In this document: positions 1 through 9,639 of the stretch, piece by piece
Numbering within the stretch: position 1 is the stretch's first letter
Layout of the letters: every line of letters starts with the position of its first letter
Assembly (NCBI GenBank): GCA_034530875.2
Contig: JAVRCJ020000028.1
Span: forward strand, 36,836 to 98,729
Length of the DNA stretch: 61,894 nucleotides
Source of the DNA: Nostoc sp. DedSLP01
GTDB lineage: Bacteria; Cyanobacteriota; Cyanobacteriia; Cyanobacteriales; Nostocaceae
Direction: 5' to 3'
The notes under the pieces: generated by a model
The model's database searches: none
The model's input: the letters and a program-made list of their open reading frames with translations, nothing else
Told to the model about the DNA's origin: nothing
Position numbers and translations under genes: made by a program

Positions 1-2296
1 TGGCACTAACAACCCAATTGCCATCAGGACTAAAGGCGACAGAATTCACTTCTTTTTCATGCCCGCGCCAAGGTTGAGTGATGGCGTTGCCTTCAATATC
101 CCACAAGCGCACTGTCGTATCATTACTGGCACTAACAACCCAATTGCCATCCGGGCTAAAGGCGACAGAATTTACCCAATTCTCATATTTGCGCTGCGAT
201 CGCCTGATGACCCGATCTTGTAGTATTTGATGTAGCTCCCACAAACGCACAGTTTTATCGCCACCACTGGCAATCAACTTGCCATCGGGACTAAAGGCTA
301 GGGAATTAACCTGTCCTTCATGTCCCCGCCAAGGTTGAGTAATGGGGTTGCCTTCAATATCCCACAAGCGTATTGTGCGATCGCAGCTACCACTAATAAT
401 AAACTTACTATCAGGGCTAAACGCTACAGAATTTACGCGTCCTTCATGCCCGCGCCAAGGTTGACCGATGGGATTACCTTGAATGTCCCACAATCGCACT
501 GTAGAATCACTACTACCACTAACAATAAACTTGCGATCGGGGCTAAAGGCGACGCAAATAATTTTTGCCTCATGTTTGTGCCAGGGTTGAGTGATGGTGT
601 TACCTTGTAAATCCCACAAACACACCGTTCCGTCAAAACCTACACTGATAATAAAATCGCTATTGGGGCTAAACGTGACGGAAATCACTCCTTCTTTATG
701 TCCGCGCCAAGGTTGAGTAATGGCGTTACCTTGTAAATCCCACAAACACACCGTTCCGTCAAAACCAACACTGACAATAGAATCGCCATTTGAGCTAAAG
801 GCGACGGCAATAACTCCTTCCTCATGTCCCTGCCACGGTAGAGTAATCAGATTACTTTGTAAATCCCATAAACACAAAATTCCGTCAATACTGCCACTAA
901 CAATAAAGTTGCCATCAGGACTAAAGGCTAGACAATTTACCTCTTGCTCGTGTCCCAACAAAAATTGAGCAGTGGGATTGCCATTGATATTCCACAAGCA
1001 TACCGTAGAATCACTACTGCCACTAGCAATAAACTTGCCATCAGGACTAAAGGCTAGACAATTTACCTCTTGCTCGTGTCCGCGCAAGCAATTTGCTTCT
1101 GTGGGCGTGTTTGTTGCTTCCTTTAAGCTTCCCAAAACGGCAGCTAAAAGCTGGTTTGGGTATTTCTCTAGATTCTCGCCTATTGTTTGAATTGCCAGCA
1201 CCAAACCTTCTAGCGGTTGGACGGGAAGTAAATTCAAAACCCTGGCGGATTGTTCGCGCAGTTTTAATTGTGTCAGTGCAAGATTTAACTTTTGAATCTC
1301 TTGTTCCTGTTCTCTCAAATGGGAATCGCCCCATCCAACACTAAGATTAATAAATTGATGAGCTTGTTCGCTGAAATAACTAAATATTTGCTCTTTTAGT
1401 TCTTGATAAGTCTCTATTTTCAGAACCCGGTTTTGAATATTTTCGTTTTTCCACAGTACATCGAGAGTGTATTGCAGAAGTGGTAAAGAATCATCTTGTT
1501 GGTGAAAATCATCAATAATTTGCTCGATTAGTCCTTGTTCAAAGGTAACGCCATGTCTCGCAGCAGGTTCAGCGATCGCTAACTTTAATTCGTCATCGCT
1601 CATTCTAGTGAGAATACAACTATAGCGATCGTGAATCTTCGCAAGTTGCGGATACTCACTAAATCTATCCAAAAAATCAGGCCGCATTGTTAAAACAATT
1701 TTGACAGAGCTATCCTGCTGCTGGCTCAATTGAAATAGACTAGCAACAAATTTGTCACGTTCTGGCTTTTGAGTTTTCGTAAACAGTTCTTCAAATCGGT
1801 CAATAAAAATCAGAACGCGTTCGTAATCTTGTTTGAGTAATGTGACAATTTGAATTAAGGTATTTTCTTTTATTTCTCCTGCAATATCCGCTATTTGTGA
1901 TTTTTTACCATAAGTAAAAGCTAGACACTTATAAAGAGATTTAAAAGGATTTTTATCTGGTTGAAAAGTAATATTGATTAATGAATTTTTATAAGACCCT
2001 AAATAAGGAATTAAACCTGCCAGAATCAACGATGATTTGCCAGTGTATGCGGCTCCTAAAAGCAAGAGTGCGTCATCTTTTTTTAAGCGATCGCTAATCT
2101 CGGTAATCCACTTATCCCGTCCAAAAAATTTGTCTTTATCTTTAATTTCAAAAGTTTTTATCCCTAAGTAGGGAGAATCTATTTTGAGTGGACGACGATG
2201 AATGTCCTCAGATTGACTGTCAGAAAAAAAGTTGTATTCAGAAATACCTTGGACGTGACATCCAATATTTATATCGCCTTCAGAACTGTTAACCAT
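1..2296 (-). CDS. nSTAND1-type P-loop NTPase fused to WD40 repeats (3' end lies outside the window)
   Basis: Manual translation of the minus strand from ATG at 2296 (RBS AAGGAGA upstream) stays open to the window edge: SPYLGIKTFE..DKDKFFGRD, Walker A GAAYTGKSS, Walker B IFIDRFEELF, LPLLQYTL, then about 8-9 WD40 repeats (GHEQEVNCLAFSPDG...TVCLW) at ~126-bp period. Absent from the ORF track, presumably because it has no stop codon in the window. Confidence 0.88.
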   Translation of the reverse strand, partial: MVNSSEGDINIGCHVQGISEYNFFSDSQSEDIHRRPLKIDSPYLGIKTFEIKDKDKFFGRDKWITEISDRLKKDDALLLLGAAYTGKSSLILAGLIPYLGSYKNSLINITFQPDKNPFKSLYKCLAFTYGKKSQIADIAGEIKENTLIQIVTLLKQDYERVLIFIDRFEELFTKTQKPERDKFVASLFQLSQQQDSSVKIVLTMRPDFLDRFSEYPQLAKIHDRYSCILTRMSDDELKLAIAEPAARHGVTFEQGLIEQIIDDFHQQDDSLPLLQYTLDVLWKNENIQNRVLKIETYQELKEQIFSYFSEQAHQFINLSVGWGDSHLREQEQEIQKLNLALTQLKLREQSARVLNLLPVQPLEGLVLAIQTIGENLEKYPNQLLAAVLGSLKEATNTPTEANCLRGHEQEVNCLAFSPDGKFIASGSSDSTVCLWNINGNPTAQFLLGHEQEVNCLAFSPDGNFIVSGSIDGILCLWDLQSNLITLPWQGHEEGVIAVAFSSNGDSIVSVGFDGTVCLWDLQGNAITQPWRGHKEGVISVTFSPNSDFIISVGFDGTVCLWDLQGNTITQPWHKHEAKIICVAFSPDRKFIVSGSSDSTVRLWDIQGNPIGQPWRGHEGRVNSVAFSPDSKFIISGSCDRTIRLWDIEGNPITQPWRGHEGQVNSLAFSPDGKLIASGGDKTVRLWELHQILQDRVIRRSQRKYENWVNSVAFSPDGNWVVSASNDTTVRLWDIEGNAITQPWRGHEKEVNSVAFSPDGNWVVSA

Positions 2297-2503
2297 CTTA
2301 TCTCCTTACCTTTGGACACCCCTGGCTAAATCTTTCCCTCAGTTATAGTTCCTCGTCCAATCGTTTTGACACTCCCTGAATTGGAAATTCGAGGATTCTT
2401 GCTTTACAGGGACTCCAATCGTAAAAAATTAAGATTTTAAACAGGTTTATTCAGCAAAATTACTTAAATAAATTTCAAAAATATGTAGTAACTTTATCCT
2501 AAA

Positions 2504-4396
2504 ATGCCGGGAATGACAAACGGGATGGAACTTTTTGATAATCTACACCTTGCTATGTTTAGCGGCAAAGGTGGAGTCGGAAAAACAACAATCTCCTGCA
2601 CCTTTGCATATCGTTGGGCGCAGAAATTTGTCAACGAGCAAATTCTTTTAATCTCTACCGATCCGGCTCACTCTCTTGGAGATGTCTTACAAGTCAGCGT
2701 TGATGACATCCCTCGTCCCATAGCGGAACTACCAAACCTACTAGTAAGGGCGTTGGATGCAAAGCTTTTGCTACAAAAGTTTAAAGAACGTTACGGTCAG
2801 GTATTAGAACTGCTAGTGGAGCGAGGTAGTTTTGTTGAAGGAGAAGACTTACATCCAGTTTGGGATTTAAATTGGCCTGGACTGGACGAGTTGATGGGTT
2901 TGTTAGAGATCCAACGCCTTTTCAACGAGCAGCAGGTAGATCGAGTAGTAGTTGATATGGCTCCTAGCGGTCATACTCTCAACTTGTTTGGATTGATGGA
3001 TTTTTTAGACACTTTCCTCCACTCTCTCGAACTATTTCAAGAAAAGCATCGGTATATTAGCAAGACCTTTGCTGGAAGTTACAAACCCGATCGCGCTGAC
3101 GAATTTTTGCAAACTCTAAAATCTGAACTTTCCCAAGGTCGTCGTCTGCTTCAAGATCCTAAGCATACAGCTTGTTTGTTAGTTGCGATCGCCGAACCAA
3201 TGAGTTGGTTGGAATCAAAACGATTCCTAGAAGCCTTACAAACCATGCAGATGCCTTGCGGAGGGTTGTTTGTCAACCAAGTTCTTACTAGTGCGACTGA
3301 CCCAGATCGTTACCAAGAACAACAACCGCTCATCGGCCAGTATACGGATCTTGCTAACGGCAAGCCGATTTTTATCGTGCCACAGCAAGATAAGGAGCCT
3401 TTAGGGATTGTAGCCCTCAGCCATCTCATCGACCAAATCCATGTTCCTCAGCTTGAACCGCCATCTCCTATCGATCTACTCCCAGTTCAATGGCCGGAAA
3501 CAATTCCTCCTAGCTTTGGAGATTTTCTCAGCCAAGGTCGCCGCCTGTTACTAATTGGCGGTAAAGGTGGAGTAGGCAAGACCACAGTAGCAGCTGCGAT
3601 TGGTTGGGCTATGGCTCAACAACATCGCGATCGCAAAATTCGTATGGTTTCTATCGATCCAGCCCACTCCTTGGGTGATGCCTTTGGTCTGAGTTTAGGA
3701 CACGAACCATATCAAATAACTGCTAATCTTCGAGGTCAGGAAGTAGATAGCGATCGCCTTCTGGAGCAATTCAGAGCCGATTACCTATGGGAACTGGCCG
3801 AAATGATGAGTGGCGAAACCCAAACAAGCGAAGCCATTGAAATGGCCTATGCTCCTGTTGCTTGGCGCAAAATTGTCGAGCAAGCTTTACCAGGGATTGA
3901 TGAAATGCTTTCCCTATTAACAGTAATGGAATTGCTAGAGCAACAAGAAGAAGACTTGATTATTTTAGACACTGCTCCTACAGGTCATCTTCTGCGTTTT
4001 CTAGAAATGCCAACTGCACTAGCAGACTGGCTAGCATGGATTTTCAAACTCTGGATTAAGTATCAGAATGTTCTTGGTCGTACAGAGTTTATGGGGCGTT
4101 TGCGAACTTTGCGACAGCGCGTAGTCAAAGCCCAAAAAGTGCTAAAAGACCCACAACAAGCAGAGTTCATTGGGGTTACACTTAACCAGGCTAGCGTACT
4201 TGCCGAACAACAACGCCTATTCAAATCTCTGCAAGAAATAGGTGTAAGCCAGAATTACCTTGTTCTAAACCGCTTTAATTCTACAGCGATCGTTAATTGC
4301 GATTTTCCAGGTTTAACAATGGTTCGCTTACCAGTGCTTCCTCGCTCAGTTCAGCCTTTAGAACGCATCCAAGCAGCCGCAGCCTGTTTATTTTAA
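2504..4396 (+). CDS. ArsA/Get3-family ATPase with two tandem nucleotide-binding domains, gas-vesicle-associated
   Basis: Two GKGGVGKTT deviant Walker A motifs, two DPAHSLGD switch-I motifs, DMAPSGH/DTAPTGH switch-II motifs; abuts gvpV; no arsenite efflux gene nearby. Confidence 0.9.
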   Translation: MPGMTNGMELFDNLHLAMFSGKGGVGKTTISCTFAYRWAQKFVNEQILLISTDPAHSLGDVLQVSVDDIPRPIAELPNLLVRALDAKLLLQKFKERYGQVLELLVERGSFVEGEDLHPVWDLNWPGLDELMGLLEIQRLFNEQQVDRVVVDMAPSGHTLNLFGLMDFLDTFLHSLELFQEKHRYISKTFAGSYKPDRADEFLQTLKSELSQGRRLLQDPKHTACLLVAIAEPMSWLESKRFLEALQTMQMPCGGLFVNQVLTSATDPDRYQEQQPLIGQYTDLANGKPIFIVPQQDKEPLGIVALSHLIDQIHVPQLEPPSPIDLLPVQWPETIPPSFGDFLSQGRRLLLIGGKGGVGKTTVAAAIGWAMAQQHRDRKIRMVSIDPAHSLGDAFGLSLGHEPYQITANLRGQEVDSDRLLEQFRADYLWELAEMMSGETQTSEAIEMAYAPVAWRKIVEQALPGIDEMLSLLTVMELLEQQEEDLIILDTAPTGHLLRFLEMPTALADWLAWIFKLWIKYQNVLGRTEFMGRLRTLRQRVVKAQKVLKDPQQAEFIGVTLNQASVLAEQQRLFKSLQEIGVSQNYLVLNRFNSTAIVNCDFPGLTMVRLPVLPRSVQPLERIQAAAACLF

Positions 4397-4441
4397 GTGT
4401 TAATTAGACTAAATACTTTCATACCCAGAGAGAAATTTATT

Positions 4442-4726
4442 ATGCATCGCACTCCAAATCGCGGACAAATTCAAGCCAAACTTAGCTCCATGCCTCCTCA
4501 ACGTTCACAAGCAAGAGTTTACTTAAATGCTTACAAAATGATGTTGGAAAAAGAGCGTTTAGAGCAGGAACTACAGAAGCTCGAAGCACGCCGACATCAG
4601 ATTCAGCAGCGTCTTGCTATTTTAAATAGTCAAATCATTGCTGAAGAAGACATCACCCATCAGCAAGCAAATCCTGAGTTAGAGGACAATACACCCAAAT
4701 TCAACACCATAACATTGGAATACTAA
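4442..4726 (+). CDS. gvpV: Gas vesicle protein GvpV-like
   Basis: Probable start ATG 4442 (track starts at 4397). KLSSMP..RSQA..YL..YK..LEKERLEQEL coiled coil and C-terminal FNTITLEY resemble cyanobacterial GvpV; gvp context. Confidence 0.7.
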   Translation: MHRTPNRGQIQAKLSSMPPQRSQARVYLNAYKMMLEKERLEQELQKLEARRHQIQQRLAILNSQIIAEEDITHQQANPELEDNTPKFNTITLEY

Positions 4727-4800
4727 GTACTAAGATTTCAGCTTGTCTATTCTTCGCAACTTCCTTACGCTGTCGAGATTGTTGTCTCTGATAATGAATT

Positions 4801-5493
4801 TTATTCTTCGCTTATTATTACACCATGAGAAGCGTATAGGCTAAATCCATCAGCAAATTGCACAGCAGCTTTACCCTCAGCATGAAGTCTTTGTTGATTA
4901 TCGAAAGAGATTTTAATAGGACGATTGCAAATTATAGCTATTTGCTCAAAAGGGATAATTAAGCCACAATAACTAACTAATGCTTGAAAAACCTGCCAGA
5001 TTTTATTGGAATGAGCTAAGTCTAAAATGGAAATGCAAAAGTCAAAGCAACTACCATAGCTTATCCATTGTTCTATTCTCAGCCAAGGCTCATATATATG
5101 TTTCTCTATTTCTGAATGCAGCATTATATAAAACCAGATTTTACTAGAAAGTTCTTCTTCTAGCTTTTCTTCCCAAACCTCTAAAAATATACTGAGTTCA
5201 TACCCACTTCTGTTTATTAATTCTTCTTTGAGTTGTTCTAAAAGCTTGATATTAAATTGGTTAGAGATTCCACGCCCTAGTTTGTAAGATGCTAGTATAA
5301 TCTCTTTTGCTTCTAGTGGGCTATCACAAAAAATCACTTCTGGTTCAGATAAATTAATTAGAGCATAAGCTTCTTTAATAGCATTTTCTGCCTTTTCTTC
5401 ATCTATTCTTTCAGTAGATAGCGCAATATTTCTCCACTTCTCTTGATAATGGGGAACCAAGGCTTTTCGTTCTGGAGTTAAAATTTCAATCAT
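4801..5493 (-). CDS. DUF6745-type domain protein
   Basis: EKWRNIALSTERID..KAE.AI..AY, PEVIFCDSP, C-terminal IPFEQIAIICNRP...RLHAEGKAAVQFADGFSLYASHGV. Confidence 0.75.
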   Translation of the reverse strand: MIEILTPERKALVPHYQEKWRNIALSTERIDEEKAENAIKEAYALINLSEPEVIFCDSPLEAKEIILASYKLGRGISNQFNIKLLEQLKEELINRSGYELSIFLEVWEEKLEEELSSKIWFYIMLHSEIEKHIYEPWLRIEQWISYGSCFDFCISILDLAHSNKIWQVFQALVSYCGLIIPFEQIAIICNRPIKISFDNQQRLHAEGKAAVQFADGFSLYASHGVIISEE

Positions 5494-5585
5494 TATATAA
5501 AATGTGTAAAAATATGGAGAACAAAAAACAAAAATTTACTGTTGAAGAATTGTTGAGGTTCTTATTTCTACTCCATTCCCTAAAA

Positions 5586-5987
5586 TTAGCCAGATCGCTT
5601 CACAAGGAATGGATAATCAACATCTAAAAGCCAATTTTTATCAATAAATTCTAGATTTTCATCATAAACAAGAACCAATTCACCAAGTTTTTAAGCATTG
5701 TTACTCGCAGTTTTCGTATTATCAACAGAATCAGCTATGAGCAAAAACTTTAGTTGTAAAAAACGTTCTTCGTGAGTAACGCCTATTGAACTGCTAACTA
5801 ATTCGGCTTCTAGGGTACGAGGTAATGTAATTTTATCATAATATTCATCTTGTTCATCCCAATAGCCACACACTTTATAATCACATTGATCGAGATGTTC
5901 TTGAACAAGAAAATTAGCATCTAAACTTTGTAATATTTCAGTTAAATCTTGCCAAACTTGATAATTTTTTAATTCGAGCCTTGTCAT
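5586..5987 (-). pseudogene. Hypothetical cyanobacterial protein interrupted by an in-frame TAA
   Basis: The 98-aa ORF stops at TAA 5691-5693, but the same frame continues KLGELVLVYDENLEFIDKNWLLDVDYPFLVKRSG to a stop at 5586-5588. Confidence 0.6.
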
Positions 5988-6136
5988 AGTTATGTGGGTT
6001 TAATGTTCTGTTACCAAACCAGGGAAGTGCAATATAATTCAAATGTTTACAAGTTGACAAGTTAGATTGTAAACCAGTAGAAAGTACACTGTTGGGGCAG
6101 TAATTTATTTAGTAAGCTGGGAAAGAATTAACCGAA

Positions 6137-7174
6137 ATGGACAATTATGACAATTTCTTGCGAGAGCTAAAAGAACGCATACGCAACGCCCAGGTACGAG
6201 CGGCATTATCTATTAACCGCGAATTGATATTGCTCTATTGGCAAATTGGGCGAGATATTCTTCTTCGACAACAACAACAGGGATGGGGAACAAAAGTTAT
6301 CGAACGTCTTGCCAGGGACTTAAAAGAAGCCTTCCCAGAGATGAAAGGATTCTCAGCACGTAATCTTAAGTATATGCGGGCTTTTGCTGAAGCTTACCCA
6401 GATGAACAAATTGTGCAGCAGGCTGCTGCACTAATTCCCTGGTTTCATAACTGTGTAATTTTAGAGAAAGTGAAAAATAATTTTGAGCGAGAATGGTATA
6501 TCCAGAAGACCATAGAAAATGGTTGGAGTCGCAATATTTTAACTCTACAAATAGACAATAGACTTTTTGAGCGTCAGGGAAAAGCTGTGAATAACTTTGA
6601 TGCTATATTACCCTCTCCTCAATCAGACATTGCTAAAGAGACTTTAAAAGACCCTTACGTTTTTGATTTTTTAACTTTAGGAGAAGCAGCACAAGAACGA
6701 GAAATAGAAAAAGAGCTTGTTAAACATATTACCCAATTTCTTTTAGAATTAGGTATAGGATTTGCCTTTGTTGGGCAGCAATATAATTTAAAAGTTGGAA
6801 ATGAAGATTTTTATATAGACCTACTTTTTTATCATGTAAAATTACATTGTTTTGTAGTAATTGAACTGAAAACAGGTAAATTTAAACCTGAGTATGCAGG
6901 AAAAATAAATTTTTATCTTTCGGCTGTAGATGATTTACTTAAATCTCCTCTAGATAGTCCTTCAATTGGTTTAATTTTGTGTGCAAGTAAGGATAATATT
7001 ATTGCTGAGTATGCACTGCGTGATGTCAATAAACCAATTGGCATTGCTGAATGGCAAACTAAACTTACTAAATCACTGCCCAAAGAGTTACAAACAAATT
7101 TACCAACTATTGAGCAGTTGGAAGCAGAATTGGAGAATTTGTCTGTAGAAGTAGATAATGAAGAAAAAGAGTAG
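6137..7174 (+). CDS. YhcG/DUF1016 family PD-(D/E)xK nuclease-domain protein
   Basis: LYWQIGRDI, GFSARNLKYMRAFA, KDPYVFDFL, DFYIDLLFYH..LHCFVVIELK, GKINFYL motifs. Confidence 0.92.
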   Translation: MDNYDNFLRELKERIRNAQVRAALSINRELILLYWQIGRDILLRQQQQGWGTKVIERLARDLKEAFPEMKGFSARNLKYMRAFAEAYPDEQIVQQAAALIPWFHNCVILEKVKNNFEREWYIQKTIENGWSRNILTLQIDNRLFERQGKAVNNFDAILPSPQSDIAKETLKDPYVFDFLTLGEAAQEREIEKELVKHITQFLLELGIGFAFVGQQYNLKVGNEDFYIDLLFYHVKLHCFVVIELKTGKFKPEYAGKINFYLSAVDDLLKSPLDSPSIGLILCASKDNIIAEYALRDVNKPIGIAEWQTKLTKSLPKELQTNLPTIEQLEAELENLSVEVDNEEKE

Positions 7175-7224
7175 TAGTGTAGATTAATCTACAATGCTTG
7201 CTCGAATATCTTTTAAAGTCATCA

Positions 7225-7542
7225 TTATACCGTCCCGCAAGCCCCAGACTCATTAATCCGAAAAGTATAGTGGATTTTGCCTGGATGCTGTTCGCGACAC
7301 CGTAATGAAACTACTTCTAAATCTTTATCAACAAAATATTCTCCACTATCCGGTTCAACTGCAACAAACCAGTTGTAGTGAGTTTCAATTAATTCTGATT
7401 TGACTCGCTCAAAAATAGGTTTACAACGTTGATAAAAAACCTCGCGTTCGGCTTCATGTCGTGCTTTTTGTTCTTCATTCCACTGAATTTCAGGGAATAT
7501 TCGTCCCCTGTGTGCGGTACGGGTGGGTTTGGTTTCAGTCAT
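7225..7542 (-). CDS. Small hypothetical protein of a common cyanobacterial family
   Basis: Clean 105-aa ORF with RGRIFPE...WFVAVEPDSGEYFVD...FRINESGACG pattern. Confidence 0.7.
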   Translation of the reverse strand: MTETKPTRTAHRGRIFPEIQWNEEQKARHEAEREVFYQRCKPIFERVKSELIETHYNWFVAVEPDSGEYFVDKDLEVVSLRCREQHPGKIHYTFRINESGACGTV

Positions 7543-7658
7543 GGCTGATTATATTCTGAATCGCGATACTTATATTTTCTCTCATCCACACATCGCAGAT
7601 TAAATTCGATGAAAAAAGCCTCGCGTTCGGGGGTGTAGTTCCTCCTCTGCCTTCTGCA

Positions 7659-7910
7659 TTACTCTTGTGTCTCATCGCCTTCCTGCTTTTCGGCTTCCAG
7701 AATTGCTAATAAAAGAGCTTCTTCCTGAATTTCAAACTCTTCTTCGGGAATTTCTCCCATATCAAAAGCAAGTTGCAGTGCAAGAAGCTGCTTGCTGAGA
7801 TTTTCTTTATCATCAATTTCAGTACTCGCTTGTTCTAAAATTTTTTCCCCAAGCCACGTTACCCCCATTAATGGGCCGGTAATCGGTAATAGTAAAAAGC
7901 GCAGAACCAT
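7659..7910 (-). CDS. gvpG: Gas vesicle protein GvpG
   Basis: LLLPITGPLMGVTWLGEKI...LLALQLAFDMGEIPEEEFEIQEEALL, typical GvpG; divergent from gvpN. Confidence 0.9.
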   Translation of the reverse strand: MVLRFLLLPITGPLMGVTWLGEKILEQASTEIDDKENLSKQLLALQLAFDMGEIPEEEFEIQEEALLLAILEAEKQEGDETQE

Positions 7911-8122
7911 AGTAATTTACACTTGTGTGGATTTATTAAAGCTGTCCTCGCAAGACCGTAATCATGCTGATGACATAAATATTAAACATTACTAGTCTTA
8001 TGTTGATGCCAAAATGCGTAGGATTTGACTCCAGTTAAGGCTTATTGACATCTGTATTTTATATTCCCGATGTGCAAAAAATTACTTTTACATAAAATTA
8101 TTACTTACGAGGTACTTAGAGC

Positions 8123-9295
8123 TTGACAACAGTATTAAATGCATCTCCCCAACGATTTGTCAATACCCCTGCTATTCAACGCATCGCTCAACGTGCTTTG
8201 CGCTATCTACAGTCAGGTTTTTCAGTACATTTACGTGGTGCGGCTGGAGTCGGAAAAACTACTCTGGCAATGCATCTAGCTGATTTGCTCAACCAGCCTA
8301 TCATTCTCTTATTTGGAGATGATGAGTTTAAAACCTCAGACTTGATTGGTAATCAATTAGGTTACACCCGCAAAAAGGTTGTTGATAACTTCATCCACAG
8401 CGTTGTGAAAGTTGAGGATGAACTCCGACAACACTGGGTTGATGCCCGATTAACCCTAGCTTGTAAAGAAGGATTTACGCTGGTTTACGACGAATTCAAT
8501 CGATCGCACCCGGAGGTAAATAACGTTTTACTTTCCGTACTTGAGGAGAGGTTGTTAGTCTTGCCAACAAACCAACATCGAGCCGAGTATATCCGGGTTC
8601 ATCCTCAGTTTCGGGCAATCTTAACATCAAATCCTCAAGAGTATTGTGGAGTCCATGCAACTCAGGATGCTTTGATGGATCGTGTTATTACCATCGATAT
8701 GCCTCCACCTGATGAACTAACTCAGCAGGAGATTGTAATTCAGAAAACAGGCATAGATTCTGAGAAAGCAGACAAAATCGTGCGCTTAGTGCGGATGTTT
8801 TGGAGTCGTTCTGGCTCTGGACAAGGCGGTGGCTTACGTTCCTGTCTGATGATTGCTCGAATCTGCCACGAACACGAAATTTCTGTAAACTTTGAAGAGC
8901 CTAACTTCCAAGATATTTGTGCTGATATCCTGCTGACTCGCACAAATCAACCTCGTATGGAAGCAACTCGGCTACTGGAAGAGGTTTTGAGTGAATTGTA
9001 TCGTAGTACAAATACTCAATCTCAGCCGGCAGAAGAGATAATACCAGACAGACAAAATCAGATTGTATTGGAACAACGAGTACCTTACGAGCATGAAGTC
9101 TATAACTACCTGTGCAAGTCTCCAGGAAGGCGTTTCTCTGATTTGGCAACAGAATTAGGGATCGATCGCAGTCAAATTGTAGCTGCACTCAAGTCTCTCA
9201 GAGAGCAGGGAGTATTATTGCAAATGCAGGGTAATACTGAACTGCCAAACATATCACAAGTGGCTTTTGATTCTGTCCATTTAATAAACAAATGA
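8123..9295 (+). CDS. gvpN: Gas vesicle AAA+ ATPase GvpN with C-terminal winged-helix extension
   Basis: [61 protein letters not shown]. Confidence 0.93.
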   Translation: MTTVLNASPQRFVNTPAIQRIAQRALRYLQSGFSVHLRGAAGVGKTTLAMHLADLLNQPIILLFGDDEFKTSDLIGNQLGYTRKKVVDNFIHSVVKVEDELRQHWVDARLTLACKEGFTLVYDEFNRSHPEVNNVLLSVLEERLLVLPTNQHRAEYIRVHPQFRAILTSNPQEYCGVHATQDALMDRVITIDMPPPDELTQQEIVIQKTGIDSEKADKIVRLVRMFWSRSGSGQGGGLRSCLMIARICHEHEISVNFEEPNFQDICADILLTRTNQPRMEATRLLEEVLSELYRSTNTQSQPAEEIIPDRQNQIVLEQRVPYEHEVYNYLCKSPGRRFSDLATELGIDRSQIVAALKSLREQGVLLQMQGNTELPNISQVAFDSVHLINK

Positions 9296-9639
9296 GTACT
9301 CATACTAACCGGGGAGTTATCACAGCAACTCAAGGTTCTACCTTGGCAGATATTCTCGAACGGGTTTTGGATAAAGGCATTGTGATCGCAGGAGATATTT
9401 CTGTTTCCGTCGGCTCTACAGAACTGCTCAACATTCGGATTCGTTTGTTGATTTCTTCTGTTGATAAAGCCAAAGAGATTGGAATTAACTGGTGGGAAAG
9501 CGACCCCTATCTTAATAGTCAAACTCGCACCTTATTAACAACTAATCAACAACTTCAAGAGCGTATTGCCAGTCTAGAAACAGAACTGCGATCGCTCAAA
9601 GCACTCAATCCTATTAATCATCAGAATGCAGGCGATTAG
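9292..9639 (+). CDS. gvpJ: Gas vesicle protein GvpJ (GvpA-like)
   Basis: [31 protein letters not shown]...[15 protein letters not shown]; 4-bp overlap with gvpN. Confidence 0.92.
   Translation: MSTHTNRGVITATQGSTLADILERVLDKGIVIAGDISVSVGSTELLNIRIRLLISSVDKAKEIGINWWESDPYLNSQTRTLLTTNQQLQERIASLETELRSLKALNPINHQNAGD

Noticed and set aside
320..1344. Short ORFs 320-610, 433-636, 720-968, 972-1190, 1047-1334, 1093-1344
   Set aside because: Shadow frames of the long minus-strand STAND-WD40 gene.
2504..4396. Arsenic-resistance operon
   Set aside because: No arsB/acr3/arsC/arsR/arsD nearby; the context is gas-vesicle genes.
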